Source of the DNA: a virus
Virus record (IMG/VR): IMGVR_UViG_3300050343_000199
Span: 128,819-192,818 of that record
Length of the DNA: 64,000 nt
Reading direction: 5' to 3' (one strand)
Both the position numbers and the translations under genes were made by a program. A model generated the notes under the pieces. The model saw only the letters and a list, made by a program, of their open reading frames with translations. It had not been told where the DNA came from and searched no databases. Below are positions 44,569 through 53,763 of this stretch, in pieces. Every line of letters begins with the position of its first letter. Within the stretch, counting starts at the first letter, position 1.

Positions 44569-44900
44569 TCTAATGGTCGCATAAATGATTTAGATATGAT
44601 GTCATTGGCACTGAACATCATTTGCATATACTCCATACCTTTTTTTGGTTTGGTATGCTCACCACAGGTAAAGATATCGCAAACTGCCATACCTTTCTCT
44701 GGCCATGTGTGAATACTAATATGACTCTCTGCTAGCATCGCCACACAAGTTACACCTTGAGGATCAAACTTATGTGAGTTGATTGATAACAGAGTTGATT
44801 TACACTTTTTAGAAGCAGTGTAAATAATATCTCTGATAAACTCTTCGTCATTTAAAAGATCACGGTTACAATCTTTCAGAGTAAACAGAAGGTGCTTCAC
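44565..44900 (-). CDS. speD: Pyruvoyl-dependent S-adenosylmethionine decarboxylase family proenzyme
   Basis: LAESHISIHTWPE, DIFTCG. Confidence 0.92.
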   Translation of the reverse strand: MKHLLFTLKDCNRDLLNDEEFIRDIIYTASKKCKSTLLSINSHKFDPQGVTCVAMLAESHISIHTWPEKGMAVCDIFTCGEHTKPKKGMEYMQMMFSANDIISKSFMRPLE

Positions 44901-45571
44901 GCTGGCTCAAGGGCAATGTAGTAAGTCAAGTCAGTATTTACATTGGTCCACTCTGAAATAAGGTGTTGAGAGACTTTAACAGTGTAGTCGCCAGGAAGAA
45001 GACGAATGTTCTCAATTTTAAGATCAAGAGTATAGGTGCCAGTAGAGCAACCTGCCACAGTGATATCATAAGTATTACTGGTATCATTCTCTTTGTCCCG
45101 GAGGATAAGTTTAATCTCATCATGACCTTCAATTGATTGGAAGGTTAGATCAGGTAGACTATAAACAGCAGATGCTTTTTGTAGCGCAACAAGATCTTCA
45201 CCAGTTAGATTAAACTGAAGATCAGCACCAGGAAATTTTACATTTTTTTCCGGAGCACCTTTGAGCGTAATTTCAGGATCAGAAAAATAATACTTAACAG
45301 ACTGACGACCGCCACGGATGTTGACAAAATCGCCAGATGCGAATTCAAGCTGAGGATCGTGAAACAAAGAGATCCCAGAAAGAAACTGACTGAGATCATA
45401 AATTGCGAAGTCCACAGGAAATACTTCTTCACCAGTGAACTTTGCCAGAATGTTCTCTGCATTAGAGATGGTTCGTACAGTGCTTCCCTTACGGAAGACG
45501 ATTGAGGAATTGATTGTACTGAAGTTTTTGAGAACATCTAGAGTTTTTTTAGATAGGATGACTTTACTCAT
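44897..45571 (-). CDS. gp45: Sliding clamp
   Basis: LKNFSTINSSI, FAIYDLSQFL, YYIALE. Confidence 0.96.
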   Translation of the reverse strand: MSKVILSKKTLDVLKNFSTINSSIVFRKGSTVRTISNAENILAKFTGEEVFPVDFAIYDLSQFLSGISLFHDPQLEFASGDFVNIRGGRQSVKYYFSDPEITLKGAPEKNVKFPGADLQFNLTGEDLVALQKASAVYSLPDLTFQSIEGHDEIKLILRDKENDTSNTYDITVAGCSTGTYTLDLKIENIRLLPGDYTVKVSQHLISEWTNVNTDLTYYIALEPA

Positions 45572-45861
45572 TGATTGTAAGATTCGGTAATAGCAGTTTT
45601 GTCAGAGAAGTGGAGCAGCAGCAATGCGTAGTGAAGGATCTTAATGATATCACGACGGGCAGTTCCTTTTTTATCGTAACGAGAAGCATACTTTAGGATG
45701 TTGCTTCGGCAGAATGCCTCAGCATCACCCACTGCTTCAATCAAATCTAACGTTTGAATCTCGTCGTTGCCAGCAGAATAGTGTTGTCCATAGGTTCCAG
45801 AAATGTAATCACTTAACTCTTTTAGAAGAGCATCTTCATTGTATTTTTTCACGGTATGCAT
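45568..45861 (-). CDS. DUF3310-like (T7 gp1.7-related) protein
   Basis: GQHYS...IQTLDLIE...FCRSNILKYASRYDKKG...DIIKILHY. Confidence 0.75.
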   Translation of the reverse strand: MHTVKKYNEDALLKELSDYISGTYGQHYSAGNDEIQTLDLIEAVGDAEAFCRSNILKYASRYDKKGTARRDIIKILHYALLLLHFSDKTAITESYNQ

Positions 45862-46016
45862 ACGTAATCAATATCTTTATAATAGCACTCTTGACTTTCT
45901 CCGTCAAGGTTAATGACAGTAATAATATCACCTGCCACATTAGAAACTCTAGCAGCGCCTTGACCACTGATGTGGATGACACTGCCAATAAAGTTACAAT
46001 CTCCCAGTTCAGGCAT
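45849..46016 (-). CDS. Small hypothetical protein
   Basis: Probable start MPELGDCNF overlapping the cobS stop. Confidence 0.6.
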   Translation of the reverse strand: MPELGDCNFIGSVIHISGQGAARVSNVAGDIITVINLDGESQECYYKDIDYVCIP

Positions 46017-47097
46017 CTTCAGTTTCTCCATCAATTTCAACTCCAGCATCAATTTTATCATACAATTCAATAAAGGATTGTTTGGTTTCTTCATCAAAAC
46101 GATTGACACAAACCTTGATCGCCTTCATACGATCACCCCAGATAGCATATGCTCGTACAATATGAACCAAACGACGGGTGCTGATCACTTCATCAATACC
46201 CCCGTCCTTGAAGGTGCGACGGATAATGTCTGCCCAGTTAGCAAGGTTAACACAAAATTCTTCATCATGCTTACCAACAGCAGCAGTAATACGAAGAAGA
46301 ATTTTAGTTTCTACAGCAGGAGTAGGATACTCCTGCTCAAAGGTCAAGGCAAAACGCTCAAGGAAGGCTTCGTTGAGAACGTTAGTTCCAATAAAGCGAC
46401 CGTCATCGCTGCCTTTACCTTTAGTATTTGCAGTTGCAATAACATTGAATCCAGATTTAGGGTTTACGTAACGACCAGTTTTCTTTAGGAAGACACCCTT
46501 ACCTTCCAAAACAGATTGAAGGCATAAGATTTTATTAGATGCTAGGTCAACTTCGTCTAGAAGCAACACAGCTCCGCGTTCCAAAGCCTCAATGACTGGT
46601 CCGTTGTGCCAAACAGTTTCACCATTAACAAGACGAAACCCACCAATAAGATCATCTTCGTCAGTTTCAATGGTGATGTTCACACGAATGAGTTCCCTAT
46701 TTAGGGAAGCACATGCTTGCTCTACCGAAAGAGTTTTACCATTACCAGACATACCAGTGATAAACACCGGATAAAATAATTTGGAACTGATAACTTTTTT
46801 CACATCAGTAAAGTTACCAAAAGGAACGAAGTTCTCATCCTTCATAGGAATAAGATTTTGTTCTACTGCAGGCATAGCAGCAGGTGCTTCGTAAGTTTGT
46901 TCTAGATGTTCCTGTACTGTAAGGTTCCAAGTGCCACGTTTAACATAGAAGTCCCGTAGACGCTTGGTAGCAGTAGCATAGGTTACACCAAAATAATCAC
47001 ATGCAGAAGTGACATGTTGTGCATTAATATCATTGCCATAATTTTCTGACAGATAAGAAGCAAGTTGTGATGTAGTAAGATCTGACTTTGCAGGCAT
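46009..47097 (-). CDS. cobS: CobS-like (MoxR-type) AAA+ ATPase
   Basis: GMSGNGKT, DLIGGF, LLLDEVD, ATANTKG, NEAFLERF, STRRL. Confidence 0.92.
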   Translation of the reverse strand: MPAKSDLTTSQLASYLSENYGNDINAQHVTSACDYFGVTYATATKRLRDFYVKRGTWNLTVQEHLEQTYEAPAAMPAVEQNLIPMKDENFVPFGNFTDVKKVISSKLFYPVFITGMSGNGKTLSVEQACASLNRELIRVNITIETDEDDLIGGFRLVNGETVWHNGPVIEALERGAVLLLDEVDLASNKILCLQSVLEGKGVFLKKTGRYVNPKSGFNVIATANTKGKGSDDGRFIGTNVLNEAFLERFALTFEQEYPTPAVETKILLRITAAVGKHDEEFCVNLANWADIIRRTFKDGGIDEVISTRRLVHIVRAYAIWGDRMKAIKVCVNRFDEETKQSFIELYDKIDAGVEIDGETEDA

Positions 47098-47119
47098 GAT
47101 GCGTTTTGTTTATGTAGTT

Positions 47120-47160
47120 ATTATAGGGCAGAGTGAGGTAGAGTCATGGGCAGAGTGGAC
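47120..47160 (-). promoter_or_regulatory. cobS promoter with TATAAT and phased direct repeats
   Basis: TATAAT at 47125-47120; GGGCAGAGTG twice (47126, 47148); GTCCAC 29 nt upstream of the -10. Confidence 0.65.
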
Positions 47161-47166
47161 GGTTCG

Positions 47167-49266
47167 TCAAGCGACATACTCCACAAAAGAACTGAGAAGT
47201 TTTTTATTTGCAGATTTACCACCAAGCATTTTTTTAAATGCCTTAGTAATATCTCCTTTTTTTGCGCCACTCTCAACATTAAACTCAGCAGTCTCGTTCA
47301 ATGAATTATTAGAGATGGCATAAAGAGCAGTGAATGCTTTAGGGTTTTTAATAATAGCAGACTTTTCTTTCTTCCACTGTTTTTGAATATCAGAGTAACC
47401 TTCATAAGAAGCATAACGTCCAACAAAATTTTGCAACTGAGAACCTCCAAGAATACGAAACCCAATCACATTTACACCTGGGTTACGATCACGAACTTGC
47501 TGAATAAAAATGTTAGTTACATTACTGTAGTCAAACTGCTCATAGGTAATTCCAGTTTTACGATCCCGAAGTACTTGATAATAATCAATACGGCGAGGAG
47601 CAACACGATACTCATCTTTATGATCCATATAAATTTCATGACCATATGCAGCAGAGCAACTCTCACCATCAGAAAGAACACAAACGTTGACTTTTTGGAG
47701 ATCATTGTTACTTTTGAATTCAGGAATAATATAGTTCAACATAACGATTGCTTCGTTTAATGGAGTACCAGACAGACCGACACCTAAAGTAGTTGAGTAT
47801 CCACTATACGCTTTGTAGTAATGAGCCTCACGAAATAAATTCTTACACATACGCTCATACTGACGAGAGTTAGAACGAGAGGAAACGAAGTTCATCAGAT
47901 GAAAATGTTCATCGTTTATATACACTGTATTTTTTTGAATATTTCCATAAGTCATACTATAGTAACTAGTATCATTTTTCATGGAACGTTGAGCACATAC
48001 CCATTCATTAGTGAAAGCATATACTTCAAATGGAATCTGAACCTTCTTACAAAATGCAGTCAGGTTAAGAACTTGCTTAACAGTAGCAAGGATTTCATTA
48101 CTCATAGAACCAGACCAGTCAAGCAAGAATATCAAACCATGATTCTTGCCATCAGGAATTACAGTTACTTTTTTGAAAAGATCTTCGTTGTACTTATAAG
48201 TGTGAAGTCTAGAAGTATCAAGTACACCAGTCTTAGATTGACCAGCACGAGCATAAGCGTCAGCTGACTTACGGCATTCAAATTCTTTTACTAAGTAGTT
48301 TACTTCTTTTTGTGATTGCTTACGAAATTTATAATACTCACTATCAACATACTCATAGTTTTCTTCTTCTCCTGCATTTTTATCAATCCAATTATGCAAT
48401 ATAGTCCAATCAACAATATGATTATTCAAATTCATTGCTTCTGGAATTTCAACATACACAGGGGAACGACCCTGACGAGAAGAAAGATTTTCTGCTGAGT
48501 TGTCAAAGGAACGTTGAGTTTGAGAAGTCTCTCCACCGGTATCTCCACCTGAAAAATCTTCTTCTCCTTCTTCATAATCTTCTTCGTAATCATTATCTTG
48601 CTGAGGCATTGAAGAATTTTCAAACTGATCTTCACTAACCTGAGTATTTTCTTCTTCTTTACTATTTTCGTTTTCACGTTGATGTGCTACCTCAAGCATT
48701 TCTTCATGCGTCATAGGTGTTTCAGTTTGATTACTAAACTGATATACATCAAAAGCAATCTGCAATACTTCAGCAAAAGTTTCTGCTTTTTCTGTACGCT
48801 CAACAAAAACTAATTCGGATGCACCAAACGGAATGAATGCACTTGCACCAATTTTAAAATGTAAATTGATACGATCAATCAAACTAAAGTTATCAAGATT
48901 TTGATCAACAATTTCAAAAAAATCTAAATTATTTAATTCCTTATATCCACCATTAAAAGATTTACGTAAACCAGGAAACTTACGTTTCATTAATTTCTCA
49001 ATACGAGCATCTTCTATAACATTAACAAAATCTTTAGGGCAATCTACAGCATCACGCCAGTCTTTGTTGGGTGTGAACAAAGCATGTCCAACCTCATGAC
49101 CCACCAGCATGTCATAGACAATCCCAGATGCTTTGTCCCACATAGGAAGGGTAAGCAAGCGACGGTCAACATCAAAGGATGCTGTAGCAGTCTTACGGTG
49201 CTCTACAATAAGGTTCTCAGTTGCAAGCAGTCGTGCTAGGTTGCCTTTGATTTCTTGAGTTTGCAT
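47167..49266 (-). CDS. CobT-like protein: N-terminal HExxH domain, acidic linker, VWA domain
   Basis: GHEVGHAL, NVIEDARIE, LLDWSGSM MIDAS, SGTPLNEA, LSDGE. Confidence 0.88.
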   Translation of the reverse strand: MQTQEIKGNLARLLATENLIVEHRKTATASFDVDRRLLTLPMWDKASGIVYDMLVGHEVGHALFTPNKDWRDAVDCPKDFVNVIEDARIEKLMKRKFPGLRKSFNGGYKELNNLDFFEIVDQNLDNFSLIDRINLHFKIGASAFIPFGASELVFVERTEKAETFAEVLQIAFDVYQFSNQTETPMTHEEMLEVAHQRENENSKEEENTQVSEDQFENSSMPQQDNDYEEDYEEGEEDFSGGDTGGETSQTQRSFDNSAENLSSRQGRSPVYVEIPEAMNLNNHIVDWTILHNWIDKNAGEEENYEYVDSEYYKFRKQSQKEVNYLVKEFECRKSADAYARAGQSKTGVLDTSRLHTYKYNEDLFKKVTVIPDGKNHGLIFLLDWSGSMSNEILATVKQVLNLTAFCKKVQIPFEVYAFTNEWVCAQRSMKNDTSYYSMTYGNIQKNTVYINDEHFHLMNFVSSRSNSRQYERMCKNLFREAHYYKAYSGYSTTLGVGLSGTPLNEAIVMLNYIIPEFKSNNDLQKVNVCVLSDGESCSAAYGHEIYMDHKDEYRVAPRRIDYYQVLRDRKTGITYEQFDYSNVTNIFIQQVRDRNPGVNVIGFRILGGSQLQNFVGRYASYEGYSDIQKQWKKEKSAIIKNPKAFTALYAISNNSLNETAEFNVESGAKKGDITKAFKKMLGGKSANKKLLSSFVEYVA

Positions 49267-49308
49267 CTGTCTCTTTTGCTGATGGACTCATCATACAAAA
49301 AAGAATGG

Positions 49309-51054
49309 TCATCCAACCATTCCATGTGTCACTTCATTAACTGTCTCAGTCAAGACTGAATAGTTTTTAACCTTATCAACTGTAATAGTTCTGTCAAATT
49401 TATCATCCAAACCTTGTTTGTGACTGATAACAAACACCTTGGTGCTTTCATCAAAGTTACGAAGGATCCATCCTAGATCAGATGTTCCTGATTGGTCAAG
49501 AGATCCATCAAAGATCTCGTCCAGAATCAAGAGGTTAGTATCCACAGAATTCTTAAGTTTAGCAATACTACGCCAAGTAAGCAACAGAGCGATATCAATA
49601 CGAGCTTTCTCTCCTTCGCTAAAACTTTCATAGGAAAAAACATCGCGGAATCTGGACTTAATTATCTCCTCAAAATTTTCGTTTAGGGTAAAATTGACAT
49701 AGAACTCCATCCTTTGTAAGAAATCGTTAATTAACTTATTCATAGTAGGAAGATATGTTTTAACAATTCGGGATTTAATACCGTTATCTTTTAGCAATTG
49801 ACTTGCTGTTGTTAATACATCGCGATCTTTTTTTAATTCAGTGATACTACCACTAAAAGATTTTTTACTTGTAAGAAGTGCTTCTAATTTAACAAACTCA
49901 GATTTTTTATCAATGTTATCACCTTGCAATTCCTGCACTTCATCTTGAAGTGCTTCTATTTGTTTACGAATAGTCATCAACTGAAAATTGGTTTGTGAAA
50001 TTGTAACATTAATATTGTTAACTTCAGAAGACAGCTCAGTAAATTTATTAAATTTAACTTCCTCTTCTCCTATAGCAGAGAGGATATCATTATATCCCAC
50101 AAGCATTTCATCAACCTTAGTCTTTCCAGACTCTAACTTTTCATCACGAAAATTTTCGGAAAGTTCTTGAGTACATGTAGGACACACATGATTGTTCTCA
50201 AAAAACTCATGTTCTTTCTTACATGTGTTCAATTTACCCTGAACTTTAATAAGAAAAGTGTTTAACTTCTTTAATTTCTCACTGGAAGTTTTACACCCCT
50301 CCATTTCTTTATTAAGATTACCGATTTGATTAGTCAGAATAACTACATCTTCAGCACCTTGTAGTTCAGTTTTTTTATACTCATTAATCTTTTCTTCTTT
50401 TTTATTAATTTCTTCTTGAGTACGTTTTTCTAACGTATGCATATGCTGCTTCTGAATTTCAATCTTATCTTTCAACAAATCAAGTTGGTAATCCAGTTCG
50501 CGAATCTCTTCTATATTTTCTCGGGACTTATCCCGAAGAAGAACATTCATTGTTGAGAATACTTGAATGTCTAAGATGTCTTCAATAATATCACGTCTCT
50601 GTGCAACTGGAAGACGCATGAAAGGAACAAACGTAGAAGAACCAAGCACCACAATCTGAGTAAATGACTTGTAGTTCATCTTAAGAACGTTCAACTCAAA
50701 ATTTTTCTGCTGTTCGGCAAGTGAACTTTCTTGATTCCACAATTTACCGTTTGCATAGATCTCAAACTTGTTTGGTTTAATACCGCGTACAACTTTATAC
50801 TGTTGCTTCCCGATACGGAATTCAATTTCAACCAAACAATCTTTTTCGTTTATACTATTAACCATTGCTGGTTTAGGAATTTTACGAAATGGTTTTCCAA
50901 ACAAAGAAAAGGTAAGAGCATCTAGAATAGTGCTCTTACCTGCTCCATTTGTTCCGACAATTAAATTTGTCCTTGCAGTTTCTAAATTTACTTCACTATA
51001 AACATTACCCGTAGACAAAAAATTCTTCCAACGGAGTTTTTCAAAAATAATCAT
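49309..51054 (-). CDS. gp46: Recombination endonuclease subunit (Rad50-like)
   Basis: GTNGAGKS, CPTC hook, FSEGEKARI, LILDEIFD. Confidence 0.97.
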   Translation of the reverse strand: MIIFEKLRWKNFLSTGNVYSEVNLETARTNLIVGTNGAGKSTILDALTFSLFGKPFRKIPKPAMVNSINEKDCLVEIEFRIGKQQYKVVRGIKPNKFEIYANGKLWNQESSLAEQQKNFELNVLKMNYKSFTQIVVLGSSTFVPFMRLPVAQRRDIIEDILDIQVFSTMNVLLRDKSRENIEEIRELDYQLDLLKDKIEIQKQHMHTLEKRTQEEINKKEEKINEYKKTELQGAEDVVILTNQIGNLNKEMEGCKTSSEKLKKLNTFLIKVQGKLNTCKKEHEFFENNHVCPTCTQELSENFRDEKLESGKTKVDEMLVGYNDILSAIGEEEVKFNKFTELSSEVNNINVTISQTNFQLMTIRKQIEALQDEVQELQGDNIDKKSEFVKLEALLTSKKSFSGSITELKKDRDVLTTASQLLKDNGIKSRIVKTYLPTMNKLINDFLQRMEFYVNFTLNENFEEIIKSRFRDVFSYESFSEGEKARIDIALLLTWRSIAKLKNSVDTNLLILDEIFDGSLDQSGTSDLGWILRNFDESTKVFVISHKQGLDDKFDRTITVDKVKNYSVLTETVNEVTHGMVG

Positions 51055-51314
51055 TCTTTATCAGGTGGGGGAATAATAAGGTCGTCTGCTGTAATAATAG
51101 AATACTTTTGTCCTTGAGATCTGCATGCAGTGATAATCAAATCAGGTTCAACTTCAAGAATTTCTAAGTCAGGATTGCTATTGGTTTCTTCTAGCAAAAA
51201 AAGATAACGCAATGCATCATCTTCTTGTTCAAATAATGGAATAATACGATCTTCGGAATCATTGAATACAGAATAAATTCCGGATGGTTCATCTTGCAAT
51301 GTGATTATGTACAT
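51051..51314 (-). CDS. Small acidic conserved protein
   Basis: PLFEQEDDALRYL; between gp47 and gp46. Confidence 0.7.
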   Translation of the reverse strand: MYIITLQDEPSGIYSVFNDSEDRIIPLFEQEDDALRYLFLLEETNSNPDLEILEVEPDLIITACRSQGQKYSIITADDLIIPPPDKE

Positions 51315-51317
51315 GCA

Positions 51318-52358
51318 TTAAACAGTCTCACATGATTCTATGTAGAGAGATTGCATTAATTTTTTGAGGTCGGTTTTGTCTACCGCAAGTTCAATCTCAT
51401 CAATGTACTCACTTAAAAGAGTGAGTGTATCTTTTACATTTAATTCTACATCATTTAGATCTTCTGTGTCAACTAAAGTTTCAACAATTTTAACATCATG
51501 AACACCTACGTTGTAAAGACGATCAACCAATGTTTCAAACATTTGGTAGTTTCGTTTTTCATTGACAACGATCTTAATGAACTTGTCTTTATAACTAGAC
51601 ACATCCTGTTTGTTGTAGTCTGTACTGGTGTCATCGTAGAAGATCTTATCAAAGATCTCGTAGGGATTTCTGACAAACTTAAGTTTATCACTTTCAGTAT
51701 CGTAGATATGGAATCCGCGAGTGTCCTTATAATCATTCCAGAACATCTGATAAGGGTTGCCTAGGTATTGAACGTTGCCATGTTTTGATTTGTGATGAAA
51801 GTGTCCAGACCAAACACGTTTAAAGTTTTTAAAATCCGAGACTTTAAATCCACCGTCAAACTTCATACCAGGAGTAACTTCAAATCCATCACACTCAAGG
51901 TGACCACATACATTATCAGCATTACTTTCGCTGATCATTTTTAAACTTACTTCTTTATTCCCAGCATTAATCCACGGCAACATTAAAAATGTTTTGCTGC
52001 CTAGTTTAATTTCTTTTGGATCTACATAAATTTTAATATTATTATACTGTTCTAATAAAAGTTCAGGGGAATTAATCTGATTTGTATTTTTGTAATACGT
52101 ACAATGATTTCCCAAGATCATATGAACTTTATAATTTTTTAATCGCTTGAAGTAATTTTCATTAACACGGTTAAAAGTATTAAAATCCATAGACTTTCGG
52201 TTATCAAAAGTGTCACCCAAATCAATAATGGTATTGACACCTTCTTTCTCAAGAGTAGGAAAAAAGATCTCGTCATAGAATCTTTGAAAGTAATTCCAGA
52301 ACGCTAAAGAACCTTTGCGTCCATCAAGATGTTGGTCTGTAATGAGTGCAACTTTCAT
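51318..52358 (-). CDS. gp47: Recombination endonuclease subunit (Mre11-like)
   Basis: ITDQH, LGDTFDNR, GNHCTYY, SGHFH. Confidence 0.96.
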   Translation of the reverse strand: MKVALITDQHLDGRKGSLAFWNYFQRFYDEIFFPTLEKEGVNTIIDLGDTFDNRKSMDFNTFNRVNENYFKRLKNYKVHMILGNHCTYYKNTNQINSPELLLEQYNNIKIYVDPKEIKLGSKTFLMLPWINAGNKEVSLKMISESNADNVCGHLECDGFEVTPGMKFDGGFKVSDFKNFKRVWSGHFHHKSKHGNVQYLGNPYQMFWNDYKDTRGFHIYDTESDKLKFVRNPYEIFDKIFYDDTSTDYNKQDVSSYKDKFIKIVVNEKRNYQMFETLVDRLYNVGVHDVKIVETLVDTEDLNDVELNVKDTLTLLSEYIDEIELAVDKTDLKKLMQSLYIESCETV

Positions 52359-52591
52359 AACTTACCGCTCACTGTCCCATCGTATCGTGCTGAGTATTTG
52401 CAGTTAGCCCAGTTAGTAGCGACACCTTCCAAGTGGAATGGCGTTCCTTCCATGACAGATTCCCTCGTACCGCCTGTGACGATTCCCTCGCCATCCTCAC
52501 CAAAGCTAGTCCACGTTCCAAACCGTCTCTTCTCAATGCGGAATTTTCCATAGGGTGTTTCATACCACTCATGCTCATTGGAATTGCTCAT
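52355..52591 (-). CDS. Conserved hypothetical protein
   Basis: ORF track; RIEKRRFGTWTSF ... YDGTVSGKL. Confidence 0.7.
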   Translation of the reverse strand: MSNSNEHEWYETPYGKFRIEKRRFGTWTSFGEDGEGIVTGGTRESVMEGTPFHLEGVATNWANCKYSARYDGTVSGKL

Positions 52592-52742
52592 CGGTTGCTT
52601 GCTTCCTTAAGGTATTATTATAGATCACAACTCTGCCGTGACGGTGAGTAAAGACCAGTTCGTCATCTGGACCCCAACACAGCTCTTCATATAGAGCATT
52701 CAATTTATACATGTCTTCATACAGTTGATTTGGATTTGGCAT
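52575..52742 (-). CDS. Small hypothetical protein, 55 aa (not in ORF track)
   Basis: Hand translation MPNPNQLYEDMYKLNALYEELCWGPDDELVFTHRHGRVVIYNNTLRKQATDEQFQ*. Confidence 0.7.
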   Translation of the reverse strand: MPNPNQLYEDMYKLNALYEELCWGPDDELVFTHRHGRVVIYNNTLRKQATDEQFQ

Positions 52743-53230
52743 CAGCGATTCATTTTAATTTCAATATTTTCTTTAATACTACCCATGTCAGAATAAGAAG
52801 CGTTCATGCCTGCCATACTACCATCGTATGTGTCTGTATGCATTACTTCATCGTATCCTGAACGTTCAAGAATTTTATTTTTAATTTCTAATTGTTTCTT
52901 TTCTTTTTGAATTCTTCTTAAAAATGCATAGTAAATAATTTGCGTAAAATAAGCAAACGGGTTAGAAGATTTCTCTGGATTAAAGTTGTCAATGTACTGC
53001 AGGCAGTTCTCAATGCCATCACAGATCATATCCTCACGAAACATGTAGTTGACAAAGTTTGGTTTGTATGATAGATGTGTAGCGATCTTAAGGAAACACT
53101 CACCAATATAATTTGGAACACGAGGACGTGGTTGATCGTTTTCTTTTGCTGCGATCACTTTGTTCCGGTAGACAGAGACCGCCTCTAGAAATTCTTTATT
53201 ATTGACGTAATACTCTGTCTTTTTTTTCAT
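52742..53230 (-). CDS. gp55: Late sigma factor
   Basis: YYVNNKEFL, FVNYMFREDMICDGIENC, NPFAYFTQI. Confidence 0.97.
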   Translation of the reverse strand: MKKKTEYYVNNKEFLEAVSVYRNKVIAAKENDQPRPRVPNYIGECFLKIATHLSYKPNFVNYMFREDMICDGIENCLQYIDNFNPEKSSNPFAYFTQIIYYAFLRRIQKEKKQLEIKNKILERSGYDEVMHTDTYDGSMAGMNASYSDMGSIKENIEIKMNR

Positions 53231-53257
53231 GAGAACTTTTCCTTTTCGGATACTCTT

Positions 53258-53318
53258 AGTTTAGTTCATCTTATGAATATTGTCAAGGCTTGACAAATCC
53301 CGAGAACCTGAGTAGGAT
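53258..53318. promoter_or_regulatory. Back-to-back sigma70 promoters
   Basis: Minus: TTGACA (53286-53281), 17 nt, TAAACT. Plus: TTGACA (53290-53295), 17 nt, TAGGAT (53313-53318). Confidence 0.7.
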
Positions 53319-53350
53319 AACTATGTCAGAGTTCAGAAGGGTTGTAGCTC

Positions 53351-53761
53351 TTAGCTTTTATTAAATAGATCTTCTAAAGATTTTTTAGTTTCTTTAATAG
53401 AACCTAGGTTTCCCATTGTACGAGAAAACTTATGAGGTTCATATGAATCTTTAAATGAACTAACTTGATTAATATGTCTTGCTACTGTATCAGAGTAAAA
53501 TTTTTCAATACGTTTATCTTCAACTTGTGTCATGGTTATAATATGTTGTTTAGGTAAAACAAACATATGATCAAAAGTTGAATGAATCCATTCTGTTAAA
53601 GAGAATCCATTAATTTTTAAATGATTTCTTTGTTGATCAACAAAGGTTACCTCCATAGGATTTTCTAATACAAGACTATCATCATCAGGCATATAAGAAA
53701 CTTTTGAAATTATTTCTTCACCTGTAATTAACTTCATAGTTGCTAAAAATTCTTCTTCCAT
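53351..53761 (-). CDS. Conserved T4-like hypothetical protein
   Basis: ATMKLITGEEII ... LENPM. Confidence 0.8.
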   Translation of the reverse strand: MEEEFLATMKLITGEEIISKVSYMPDDDSLVLENPMEVTFVDQQRNHLKINGFSLTEWIHSTFDHMFVLPKQHIITMTQVEDKRIEKFYSDTVARHINQVSSFKDSYEPHKFSRTMGNLGSIKETKKSLEDLFNKS

Positions 53762-53763
53762 AT

